Source: a virus. Taken from it: a stretch of DNA of 64,000 nt. This document shows, piece after piece, positions 8,887-17,965 of this stretch. Position numbers and translations under genes: made by a program. The notes under the pieces are model-generated. The model was given only the letters and a program-made list of their open reading frames with translations. It was not told the origin of the DNA and did no database searches. Position 1 is the stretch's first letter, and every line of letters starts with the position of its first letter. The DNA lies in the IMG/VR virus record IMGVR_UViG_3300028175_000001; one strand, 5' to 3'.

Positions 8887-9983
8887 TCTCTTTCAGGGAT
8901 CATAGGCTTCATAAATTTGTTATAAACCATAGTATCTTCAACACGGGACTGTAAATTAAGAATGTTTCGTATATCTTTACGTGTTTCTGTAAATTGTGTT
9001 TTATAGGGTTCTTGAGAATAATAGTTATAATCTTCAGGAATTAAATGACAATAATTACATGGTGTACGGTATGCTACTCGTTCATCTACAGGACCTATTC
9101 TATTATGTAAAGTTATAGAATTATCAAAAATACATATATCATTATTTTGCTGATATTTATGGTGATAAATATATTCATCTACAAATAATTCTTTGTCTAA
9201 ATCATCTAAAAACTTAGTTCTCTCTACGGTGCCAGGAGAATAGTGTAGTCCTTTTATTCCTCCAGGAGATGTAATGACCAGTGGAAGTTCAATCGGTTCA
9301 AACGTTTGATTCCACCGAAATAAATCATCTTGATCTTTGTCAATTTCAGGCGCAGTTTCATAATTCTGATATTTAAAAATGATGGTCATATCATCTAATT
9401 CTCTTTTAAAAGAATCTCTTTGCTTCTCGTACCAAGAAGCAGTAGTAGCAAATCCTGTTGAAGTACCAACCATTCCTTTTATGCCCATTAAAGCAATTCC
9501 TGGATTAAATACAATTGATCCCGGTTCATTAGAGTGCCAAAGCAATTCTCCTTCAGCAAACATTCCTATGGCCTTTCCGTTTTCTTTTATACCAGATATA
9601 CGGTGTAGTTGAGATTTCCAAGGAATCTTTTCCCCTATAAATTCATCACCTCCGGCCCCCATCCAAGCTAAATCTTCTGCATGTTTTCGGTCTTCGTCTT
9701 CTATAAGATTACGTTTAAATAGACTATAGAAATTGCTTATTCCCAATTTCTCTTTATATTTTTTTCTAATCCTATATCCATCTAAAATAAAAGGATCACC
9801 CCAAAGAATCATTTTTCGTTCAAATTCATTAGGATGAATATCAACACCTCTAATGATTGTTACTAAATCAGTAAGATGGTCTTTTCCTAGTTCTATCCAA
9901 TCATTATCAGACATTTCTGCTAATGATATATCATCTATAAATCGACCATAATCACCGAGTCCGGGTATTTTACTAGTTTTCAT
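8856..9983 (-). CDS. TauD/TfdA-family 2OG-Fe(II) dioxygenase-like protein
   Basis: LLWHSNE, TGFA and IFDNSITLHNR...R match the TauD layout; the usual HxD reads HSN here. Confidence 0.75.
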   Translation of the reverse strand: MKTSKIPGLGDYGRFIDDISLAEMSDNDWIELGKDHLTDLVTIIRGVDIHPNEFERKMILWGDPFILDGYRIRKKYKEKLGISNFYSLFKRNLIEDEDRKHAEDLAWMGAGGDEFIGEKIPWKSQLHRISGIKENGKAIGMFAEGELLWHSNEPGSIVFNPGIALMGIKGMVGTSTGFATTASWYEKQRDSFKRELDDMTIIFKYQNYETAPEIDKDQDDLFRWNQTFEPIELPLVITSPGGIKGLHYSPGTVERTKFLDDLDKELFVDEYIYHHKYQQNNDICIFDNSITLHNRIGPVDERVAYRTPCNYCHLIPEDYNYYSQEPYKTQFTETRKDIRNILNLQSRVEDTMVYNKFMKPMIPEREWKNNDLVRK

Positions 9984-10780
9984 TGCTTACTCCGTTCATA
10001 TTTTTCATTTCCCATATCTTCTGCAATGTCTTTTATTATATCAAATACTAATTTCTGAAGATCAAAATTATACGTAAAGATAAATTCATAATAATTTTCA
10101 CCCGGTAATGGTGCAGTTCGTAATAATGCTGGTTTCCAAAATCCAGTATTAAAACTTAACGTAATTCTATTGTTCGTTTGTAGAAAATTAAAATTTTCAT
10201 TATCAACCAATTCATTTTTTTCCCAAACTTTATTAATAGCAGTTCTTAAAAGAGCAGTTAAATAATTTAATCCATCAATTGAACACGCTGTCCATGTTAC
10301 ATATGCTCTACTCTGTGATGATTCATTAATTAAATGTCCCTCACATGATCCAAAAGTTCTAATACCATCAAACACGTTGAAAACATCAACTAACGGCTTA
10401 ATGCCCGTTTCTATTTCAAAAGTATCATTGGTCACACCTCCTCCCATAGAACCACTAGACAAATCTTCAGTTGGCAAAAGGTCTAATTCATTAAATAAGG
10501 CTATATCTTCAGTAGAATTTATATCTTTCCAATTATAACCAATTTCATATTTTTTAAGAAATTCACTAAAAACACTTATTAATAGTTCATATTTTAGATT
10601 AGCATGTCCACAAATTAATACATATTCTTTTTTTCTTTTCGCTCGTTCAATGTCTTGATCATTACCGCTAATCTTATCTACTAATGAAATTAATAACTTA
10701 TTTAACAGGTCCACTCGAATTTTCGAATCAGGATCATGTACAATAATATAATTCTGTCTCCACGTATTAATTGTAATCAT
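9980..10780 (-). CDS. Hypothetical protein with SCEGH motif (paralog of 20618..21439)
   Basis: IETGIKPLVDVFNVFDGIRTFGSCEGH...AYVTW. Confidence 0.65.
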   Translation of the reverse strand: MITINTWRQNYIIVHDPDSKIRVDLLNKLLISLVDKISGNDQDIERAKRKKEYVLICGHANLKYELLISVFSEFLKKYEIGYNWKDINSTEDIALFNELDLLPTEDLSSGSMGGGVTNDTFEIETGIKPLVDVFNVFDGIRTFGSCEGHLINESSQSRAYVTWTACSIDGLNYLTALLRTAINKVWEKNELVDNENFNFLQTNNRITLSFNTGFWKPALLRTAPLPGENYYEFIFTYNFDLQKLVFDIIKDIAEDMGNEKYERSKQ

Positions 10781-11565
10781 ATTTTTCTCAAAAATTTCTC
10801 TATAATAAAAACATTTAAAAAATCTGTCTCATACCATTTATCTGACATTTTCGTATTATATGCACTAGGATCATAATGGTGATTATTATGTAACATTGAT
10901 CCAGTAAAACCAGACAACCATTGCCCGAGTGTATTGTTTGTACTTTTATCTGTAGTTTCAAAATTACGATAGCCCCACATGTGTCCTATAGTATTAACTA
11001 AACCTCCAGTATGAAGTGTTATAATACTAGGTAATGCAAAAAAGAAAACAGGTATTCTCCAATCAATTAATGCAGTTAAAACAAGTGGTGGAACAACTAT
11101 AGTCAAATAATTTCTATGTAATAATTTTAAGAACGGATCTTTCACAAGATCAGCATACAGTCTATGTTCATATATTTCCTGTCTCCAATTAGTAAACCAT
11201 ACATCAAAAGGACTTAAATAATGTGGCGAATGAGGATCTTCAGGTGTGTCAGATTTCTCATGATGATATCTATGAAATGCAACCCACGGAAATTGAGTTC
11301 CTTGGTATATAAAGATTCCGCATATAGCCATAAATTTATGGGCCCAAGATTTTGCTTTAAAGCTTCTATGCGCAAAATATCTATGGGCGCCTATTTCTCC
11401 TCCTATATGTCGAAACAATATAACTCCTACAAGAGTTAACCACAGCCAGTACCATGAACTATATAACAATCCTATTACTGATGCAATATGAAATAAAATC
11501 ATGAAGCTAAAATATGCTTGCCATGAATTATTATACTTTGAGATAATTTTTAATAAACTTCCCAC
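10777..11565 (-). CDS. Membrane fatty acid desaturase (delta-9-like)
   Basis: His boxes HRYFAH, HRYHH and HNNHH; DPHSP; hydrophobic segments. Confidence 0.93.
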   Translation of the reverse strand: MGSLLKIISKYNNSWQAYFSFMILFHIASVIGLLYSSWYWLWLTLVGVILFRHIGGEIGAHRYFAHRSFKAKSWAHKFMAICGIFIYQGTQFPWVAFHRYHHEKSDTPEDPHSPHYLSPFDVWFTNWRQEIYEHRLYADLVKDPFLKLLHRNYLTIVVPPLVLTALIDWRIPVFFFALPSIITLHTGGLVNTIGHMWGYRNFETTDKSTNNTLGQWLSGFTGSMLHNNHHYDPSAYNTKMSDKWYETDFLNVFIIEKFLRKI

Positions 11566-12268
11566 AATAGTCCCTTTCTTTTCCTGTTACATTTTCATCC
11601 CAATTACTAGGATCTTGATGATGATTATTATGCAATCCACTTCCTAATGTTAAATCATTAACCCACCAATTGTTTGTACTTTTATCTGTAGTTTCAAAAT
11701 TACGATAACCCCATTTATGACATACAATATTAACTAATGCCGCGCCATGAATAATTCCTACACTGGGTATACTAATTAAAAACACAGGCAATCTCCAATC
11801 TATTAATGACAATAGTAAAAAAGTTATACCTATGATATAAAAATAATATTTATGGCTTTTTTTGTATATCGGATCTTTTAATAAATCAGCATAGTGTTTT
11901 ATGGGCAAATTAACTTTCCGCCACAATGTTAACCAAACCCTCCACCAAGAAATAATATGAGGTGAATGGGGATCTAATTCTTCATCAGAATTCATATGGT
12001 GGGCCCTATGCGCTATAGCCCAGGAGATAGGGGAACCATAACAATTAAATATTCCTAATGTTGATAACAAAAAATGTCTTATTGGACCTGTCTCAAAAGA
12101 GTTATGCGCAACATACCTATGATTACCTATTTCACTTCCAAATTTACCAAACAATAAAAATCCAATAGGAATCCATAGATACCACGGCAATGGAGAATAT
12201 ATAATTCCTATTACTGCTAAAATATGATTCAATATCAAAAGTATTCTTACACCTATTTGATGTGTCAT
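11531..12268 (-). CDS. Membrane fatty acid desaturase (delta-9-like)
   Basis: His boxes HRYVAH, HRAHH and HNNHH; start placed at the ATGA overlap at 12268 (track start 12319). Confidence 0.92.
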   Translation of the reverse strand: MTHQIGVRILLILNHILAVIGIIYSPLPWYLWIPIGFLLFGKFGSEIGNHRYVAHNSFETGPIRHFLLSTLGIFNCYGSPISWAIAHRAHHMNSDEELDPHSPHIISWWRVWLTLWRKVNLPIKHYADLLKDPIYKKSHKYYFYIIGITFLLLSLIDWRLPVFLISIPSVGIIHGAALVNIVCHKWGYRNFETTDKSTNNWWVNDLTLGSGLHNNHHQDPSNWDENVTGKERDYCGKFIKNYLKV

Positions 12269-12537
12269 TTTGATAGAAAATCCGCACTCTGTAAAGTTTG
12301 TGCTAATTGCTGTTGCCACAAAGTTACATCTCCTGTAACTTTTCCGCGACTTGTTAAATTAAACTGTTCGGATAAATTATTCAAACAGTCCAATATTATT
12401 TCTTCTTTCTTATTTTCTGGTTGACCCGCAGTTGCAATAAGAGCAATCCATTCCTGACATCCACCCGGGTATGAACCATAAATCGTATTTTCAAGTGATG
12501 TCTTTAATATTTCACTTACTTTTTCTATATTGCCCAT
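12265..12537 (-). CDS. Hypothetical protein
   Basis: GGAG SD before the ATG at 12537 (track start 12555); fills the gap between coupled genes. Confidence 0.55.
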   Translation of the reverse strand: MGNIEKVSEILKTSLENTIYGSYPGGCQEWIALIATAGQPENKKEEIILDCLNNLSEQFNLTSRGKVTGDVTLWQQQLAQTLQSADFLSK

Positions 12538-12538
12538 G

Positions 12539-13315
12539 TTATTCTCCAAAATCATGATAAGTTTGTTTTTCTGTTATTGATTCTTTCACTCTGATATCGT
12601 TCCATTGCTGTTTTGTCATTCCATGTACTTGAGATTCGTGATCTATGTCCATAAACATGATCAAACTATGTCGTTCTTTTTTTGTTGAATTTGATACCCT
12701 ATGGGGAGTAGATTTTAATTTATTTTGGGTCCACCACTGCATAAAATCACCACAATTAACTATTATAAAATCATCACCAGGATGTTTTATCAAAGTCCAT
12801 TCGCCATCAATGCATACTTCATATTCTTCTACAGGATCACATACATGCACTAATGTCAATGTTCCGAAATCACAATGACTGCCTAATCGATTATTTCCTA
12901 TTTGATCTTTATAATATTTTACAAATATCAAATCATTACTTGATTTCTCGTGTTTCAGTGTTATTGAATTAGGCGGCAATTTCATATATTCTTCAATAGC
13001 ATATAATATATCACACCCAACTTTTATATATTGGCTCCTTATAGTATTTACGCACTCCCAATCATCAGACATATTTTTTAGAACAACTCTTTCGTTTGCT
13101 TCTCCGGGAAACCTTTTTGAACTTGATCGACCTTCTTCGTACATAGGTAATGTCTTTAAATCCGCCGCTTTTAATTTTTCACGTAATTGTTCTAATGATC
13201 CTTTCATATCAATAAAAGGATTTACTACTAATAAAAAACCAGTATTTTTAAAACTATCTACAATTGATTTAGAATTCCAATCAGACGAATTAAATACTAT
13301 TGAACTTGGAGCCAT
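12539..13315 (-). CDS. 2OG-Fe(II) oxygenase, isopenicillin N synthase/DIOX-like
   Basis: GFLLVVN N-terminal motif, HCDFGTLTL (HxD), VNCGDFMQWWT, STPHRV and RHS. Confidence 0.9.
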   Translation of the reverse strand: MAPSSIVFNSSDWNSKSIVDSFKNTGFLLVVNPFIDMKGSLEQLREKLKAADLKTLPMYEEGRSSSKRFPGEANERVVLKNMSDDWECVNTIRSQYIKVGCDILYAIEEYMKLPPNSITLKHEKSSNDLIFVKYYKDQIGNNRLGSHCDFGTLTLVHVCDPVEEYEVCIDGEWTLIKHPGDDFIIVNCGDFMQWWTQNKLKSTPHRVSNSTKKERHSLIMFMDIDHESQVHGMTKQQWNDIRVKESITEKQTYHDFGE

Positions 13316-14055
13316 TTTATAAACCTTGCGCCGGGATCGATTTCACCAAAACGATATTTATTTTGGTCATTATGATGATTCAAGTGCCACCCCTCTCCAC
13401 CTGTTATCAATGCTATCAATAAATTATTAGAAGGTTCACCATGTCTATGACAATAAGCATTTATAAGACCGTATCCGTGATTTGCAAATACAATAGGAAG
13501 ACAATAACCAAATACTAACAATAAAGGATCTATTAAAAAAAATATTAATATGATTAATGCATGTAATTTAAGATAATTATCATAAAACCATTTTAAACTA
13601 GAATTTTTACTAAGACTTAACCAATCTTTAAGGTCTTCTCTTTCTGTTGGTATATACCTAAATCCTGCTTGAAACCAACCACTTGTATATACCCACCAAA
13701 AACCCTTATGTTTCGGACTATGTGGATCTTTCTCTGTATCGACGTATTTATGATGATCCCTGTGAACACCTATCCATACTAATGCGGGTCCAGGATTTCC
13801 GAATAATCCAATAATTTGACTATAAATTTCATACCACTTGCCGATCTTAAAACTATTATGAGTCCAATATCTATGGTAGCCACTTGTGCCAGCAGTTATA
13901 TGAACAAATTGCCACCATATAAAACTATACAATAACATCCACCATTCGCCATAAATTATTGCGGGTATAATAACTAAATGACAAAATACATTAATAGACC
14001 AAATACTATACCTGTTTAATGTAGCATTTTTTTCTAATGAGCCCATATATAACAA
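13297..14055 (-). CDS. Membrane fatty acid desaturase (delta-9-like)
   Basis: His boxes GYHRYWTH, HRDHH and GEGWHLNHH; DPHSP. Confidence 0.93.
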   Translation of the reverse strand: MLYMGSLEKNATLNRYSIWSINVFCHLVIIPAIIYGEWWMLLYSFIWWQFVHITAGTSGYHRYWTHNSFKIGKWYEIYSQIIGLFGNPGPALVWIGVHRDHHKYVDTEKDPHSPKHKGFWWVYTSGWFQAGFRYIPTEREDLKDWLSLSKNSSLKWFYDNYLKLHALIILIFFLIDPLLLVFGYCLPIVFANHGYGLINAYCHRHGEPSNNLLIALITGGEGWHLNHHNDQNKYRFGEIDPGARFIKWLQVQ

Positions 14056-14408
14056 ACTCCTACTACATATTCATCTGTATCAGACAATGATATTCTTACA
14101 TCTTGTCTTGGGCCTTTGTATTCTTTCGATACTGAAGCATGTACAACAGGAAATCGAACCCCCCTGCTTGTCAAATGCATGTAACTAACATCTAATCTTA
14201 AATAAGGTGAAGCTATTGCTTTAGAATATGCTTCCTTAACACACCAACATTTAGTTAAATATCTAGCAGTCATAGGACTGGGCGCATTTCTTTTTTCAAT
14301 ATCTGTTAATATTTTATTAACAAATTTGTCTCCCCATTTATCATATATCTTTTGAATAGGTTCGATTGTTTGTAAATCAATACCTATTAAATTTTCTCTA
14401 GCAGACAT
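14034..14408 (-). CDS. acpS: Holo-ACP synthase (AcpS-type 4'-phosphopantetheinyl transferase)
   Basis: IGIDL, F..KILT..E, WCVKEAYSKA and ISLSD motifs; 124 aa. Confidence 0.85.
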   Translation of the reverse strand: MSARENLIGIDLQTIEPIQKIYDKWGDKFVNKILTDIEKRNAPSPMTARYLTKCWCVKEAYSKAIASPYLRLDVSYMHLTSRGVRFPVVHASVSKEYKGPRQDVRISLSDTDEYVVGVCYIWAH

Positions 14409-15415
14409 AAATCAACTTGAAATCCTGGTCCATAAGAAATCATAACCAGTTTTCCTTCTTTCATAAAATCATTTTGTAAGGTTTTTATTACACTTGTGGC
14501 AGACATATTACCAAATAATCTAAACATCTCAAAAGAAGAATCTAATGCACCGTCAGGTAAATTTAATCCTTCTGCAGTATTTTGCAAAACAACTTTTCCA
14601 CCAGGATGACATATCCAATGATCAATATCATGACCTTTAATAAATTCTTCTACTTTTGGTAATAACGCATCAGCGGCTTTTGGTAGTTCCTGCAATTTAG
14701 TAGATTCTACATTATATAATAATCCTGCACTTGTTCCTTCAAGAGTAATAAAATCTTCTGTATCAGGTAAAATATGAGATGCATGTTTAAGTACTTTCCA
14801 ACCTCCGTGTTCATAATCATCACCAGCCATTAAAATAGCACTTACACCATCACCGAAAATAGTAATACCAAATACTGTAGTAAGAGAACGATCTTCAGGA
14901 TTTAAATTCATTGAAACTAAATCATTAGTGAGACAAATTACTACTTTAGTTGGGTTTGCTTTTAAAAATTCATCTGCAATTTGTATCACATGCGTACCAC
15001 CATTACACGCTAAACCAAACATGGGTATTTTAATTACAGAATCAGGAAAATCAAAATGACTAAGCAATTTATGTGGTACAGTAGGAATTCCTACACCTGT
15101 CATTGTTGTAGATGTTATCATACACACATCTTCGGGAACAAGAAGGTCCAATTCCAATACTGCTTCTAATGATAACTTATGTACTACTTCATTAAATGTT
15201 TTATTTTTTTGCGTAAAAGTTTGAGACTGTTCCCGCATTGTCTCAATAGGATAACAAGTATGTCTATATTCAACTCCTGTCAATGGCATATATCTGTCAA
15301 ATACTCTACCCGAATAACCTTTTTCTTGCCACCATTCTTTCAGCTTTACTTTGAAGTCATCATTATGTAATCGATTTTCAGGATGTTTAGTTACTATTTG
15401 TAAAATTTTACTCAT
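14387..15415 (-). CDS. Type III polyketide synthase (chalcone/stilbene synthase family)
   Basis: Catalytic Cys in FGLACNGG, His in WICHPGG, Asn in FGNMSATS; also IFGDG and YGPGF. Confidence 0.92.
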   Translation of the reverse strand: MSKILQIVTKHPENRLHNDDFKVKLKEWWQEKGYSGRVFDRYMPLTGVEYRHTCYPIETMREQSQTFTQKNKTFNEVVHKLSLEAVLELDLLVPEDVCMITSTTMTGVGIPTVPHKLLSHFDFPDSVIKIPMFGLACNGGTHVIQIADEFLKANPTKVVICLTNDLVSMNLNPEDRSLTTVFGITIFGDGVSAILMAGDDYEHGGWKVLKHASHILPDTEDFITLEGTSAGLLYNVESTKLQELPKAADALLPKVEEFIKGHDIDHWICHPGGKVVLQNTAEGLNLPDGALDSSFEMFRLFGNMSATSVIKTLQNDFMKEGKLVMISYGPGFQVDLCLLEKI

Positions 15416-16017
15416 TCTGCCTCTATTGTCATTTCTCTAATACGACCACTAAAATTAATCATATGATCTATACATTCTACACATTGTTCAGGAGAAAGCA
15501 TATTTGGTTCTAGCTTATGATCATATACTCGATTTACGAGAGTTGCCAATCTTGTTGTTCTTGGAGTTTCCACCCAACCAGGTCTTAGTAGTGAAATTTT
15601 ACATCCGTTATGTTTTGCAGTCTTTTCATAACATTCTAGATTAATTTTATCAAGTGATATTTTACCTGCTGTATAACGACTATGGCCTATAGGATAATCA
15701 TCTGTATCTTTTTCAGATGCGATAGAACTAACAGAGATTATATGTTTATTTGGATCATCTTTCCATAAATGAAAAACGAATAAAAGTGCTTGTGTTTGAG
15801 CCCACCATTTGTAGTCATTATATGCATTGTTTATGAATATATCACCTTTAGGATCAAACCATTCTTTAATATGTTCTATATCATGTTTATTATATCGCCT
15901 ACTATGACCTTCTACCTCAATTAAGTCTTTGTATTTTGCGAGATAATTTCCATCATATTTTTCACTTAGTGCTTTTCCTATACCGGAAGTCACACCAGTT
16001 ATAATCATTTTACGCAT
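15412..16017 (-). CDS. Short-chain dehydrogenase/reductase (SDR)
   Basis: ITGVTSGIG, FINNA, YTAGK (YxxxK) and PGWVET. Confidence 0.88.
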   Translation of the reverse strand: MRKMIITGVTSGIGKALSEKYDGNYLAKYKDLIEVEGHSRRYNKHDIEHIKEWFDPKGDIFINNAYNDYKWWAQTQALLFVFHLWKDDPNKHIISVSSIASEKDTDDYPIGHSRYTAGKISLDKINLECYEKTAKHNGCKISLLRPGWVETPRTTRLATLVNRVYDHKLEPNMLSPEQCVECIDHMINFSGRIREMTIEAE

Positions 16018-16261
16018 TTGCTTTTCGCTCTACCATATTATATAAATCGTTTATTGTTGTTGCTTTTTGAAACTCTTCTGCATCTAAGGCAATATTAAAA
16101 GTATCTTCAATAATTATCATTGTTTCTAAAATATGAATAGAATCAATTTCTAAATCTAAAGCAATTTTACTATCGGACTTTATCTCTGGAAAATCAATAC
16201 CCGCGGCCGCTTCTTCAAACGCGGATTTACATTTTTCTTCAATTTCTTGTCGTGTGTACAT
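16010..16261 (-). CDS. acpP: Acyl carrier protein
   Basis: 83 aa, acidic; DLEIDSIHILE (Ppant Ser), IEDTFNI and TINDL; GAGGA SD. Confidence 0.88.
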   Translation of the reverse strand: MYTRQEIEEKCKSAFEEAAAGIDFPEIKSDSKIALDLEIDSIHILETMIIIEDTFNIALDAEEFQKATTINDLYNMVERKANA

Positions 16262-17021
16262 CGTATAAATCCTCTTCAGTTATTTGTTCAATGGGTTCAG
16301 CAATATAATTAAGGTCACTATGTTTTCCTGTTAATCCGTAAGCATCTGAATGATGACATAATTTATAAGACCCCTCTTTATATCCTGCTATGCTAATTAA
16401 TAAATTAAACCGAGCTGTTAAACCGGCATTAATTACAGTATGATTAATGCAACTATCATCTTGATAAGAACTCCCATCTGCTGGTAAATAATATGATTGA
16501 TCGTCAATAACAAAACGACATCCTGCATTAACTTCAAGGGGTATATGTATATTTTCAAAACTATCTTGATGCCAATTTATAGTAGTTAAAGGGTTTAACA
16601 TCGTTATTCTAACTCGGTCTATCTCATAATATATAGACAACTTTTTATAAATGTTATGAAATTCTGTATCTAAATAATCTTCATTAAAAATAGTATAATC
16701 TTTACGTGTTTCAAATCTTTTTAATTTTCTATTAAAATTTGTCCCATCATGTATTATGCGCTTTAATATATTGTACTTATAACCAGAAGAAGATGAAAAA
16801 ACTGATGGTCTTTGAGGACAAAAACTTCTTACAGAATCATATAGTCTTTGTTCTGGTAAACAGTCTTTTGAATGTAAAAGTCCCAATACATAAGCATCAT
16901 TAAAGTCGTCTCTTGTATTGAGATCCCATGGAGCGAATAAAGATTTTAGCGGCTGAAGTTCTTTTTGTAAACGATCTATATCAAATTCCCAAGGTAATTT
17001 TTTTACATAAATTGGTCTCAT
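16239..17021 (-). CDS. 2OG-Fe(II) oxygenase, aspartyl/asparaginyl beta-hydroxylase-like
   Basis: RVRIT.L, WHQD (HxD), IHIPL and HTVINAG...R. Confidence 0.75.
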   Translation of the reverse strand: MRPIYVKKLPWEFDIDRLQKELQPLKSLFAPWDLNTRDDFNDAYVLGLLHSKDCLPEQRLYDSVRSFCPQRPSVFSSSSGYKYNILKRIIHDGTNFNRKLKRFETRKDYTIFNEDYLDTEFHNIYKKLSIYYEIDRVRITMLNPLTTINWHQDSFENIHIPLEVNAGCRFVIDDQSYYLPADGSSYQDDSCINHTVINAGLTARFNLLISIAGYKEGSYKLCHHSDAYGLTGKHSDLNYIAEPIEQITEEDLYDVHTTRN

Positions 17022-17755
17022 TGTTGATGTATATCAAATTCAAGCATTTCACAAGCAGTTTCTAATTCAGTAATAGTATCCAAATCTGTTTCCTGGAGCT
17101 GACTAAATGTTTCTCTAATATATGCCAGAAGATCCGTTTGTTGTACAGAAGTTAAATTTGCTAAAACATATTTATTTTCTTCATCCATAGCATCATATCT
17201 TATCGCAGAATCATAATGATTTTTATATATGATCATCATTTTTAAAAAATAGGAATATTTTGAATACGATAAACTTAATAATTTATCCTGAAGTGATTTA
17301 GTATCAGGATCAAGCCATGAACCGGTTTCTAATTCATCTGCTGACGGACCCCTTGCGGAACCATCATCATGTGTTCCGGGATTATCTGATATCCATGATA
17401 ACCAATTATCACGCATAAATGATGTACAATATTTTGTACTAGCATTTAATCTTTCATCAGTAAACCATGATATATCTTGTTGCGATAAAAAAGTTCTACT
17501 GAAAACGGGTTCTGCATCTTCGAAGATATTAGACGGGTTTAAAATGCATCCTTGATACTTAAACATATAAGTTCTATCTAACCATTGATCTTCTGTAATA
17601 CCACATTCCAAATACACATCTTTATTGGTTATTAAAATATCAACTATATCATTAAACCTAGCAATATCATCACTCTCCATTAGAACCATAATTTGTCGGT
17701 CAGCCTTTAATTGTTTCCAGCTAGGATTACTTTTAAATACTTCGGCTTCAGCCAT
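17018..17755 (-). CDS. Hypothetical protein
   Basis: 245-aa ORF coupled on both sides. Confidence 0.6.
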   Translation of the reverse strand: MAEAEVFKSNPSWKQLKADRQIMVLMESDDIARFNDIVDILITNKDVYLECGITEDQWLDRTYMFKYQGCILNPSNIFEDAEPVFSRTFLSQQDISWFTDERLNASTKYCTSFMRDNWLSWISDNPGTHDDGSARGPSADELETGSWLDPDTKSLQDKLLSLSYSKYSYFLKMMIIYKNHYDSAIRYDAMDEENKYVLANLTSVQQTDLLAYIRETFSQLQETDLDTITELETACEMLEFDIHQQ

Positions 17756-17965
17756 TTAAATGCTTTCCATTCTACGTGTATATCTATCTTTTAGCTCATT
17801 AAAATTAGATGTCAAATTAGCAGAAATAAATATAGACTCTGTTGAGTCTAAAAAGTTCAATATTTTTTGATATCCGTTTTTTGTGAAATCTTCACTTTCT
17901 ATTTTATTTATTTTAAATAAAATAGTTTCAAACGATAGGTTTTTTAAGTTTACAATTTTACTCAT
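17756..17965 (-). CDS. Hypothetical small protein
   Basis: ATGA overlap upstream; abuts the downstream start. Confidence 0.5.
   Translation of the reverse strand: MSKIVNLKNLSFETILFKINKIESEDFTKNGYQKILNFLDSTESIFISANLTSNFNELKDRYTRRMESI

Noticed and set aside
10933..11707. Diversity-generating retroelement TR/VR pair
   Set aside because: The repeat is short, identical rather than adenine-variable, lies in paralogous enzymes, and no reverse transcriptase is present
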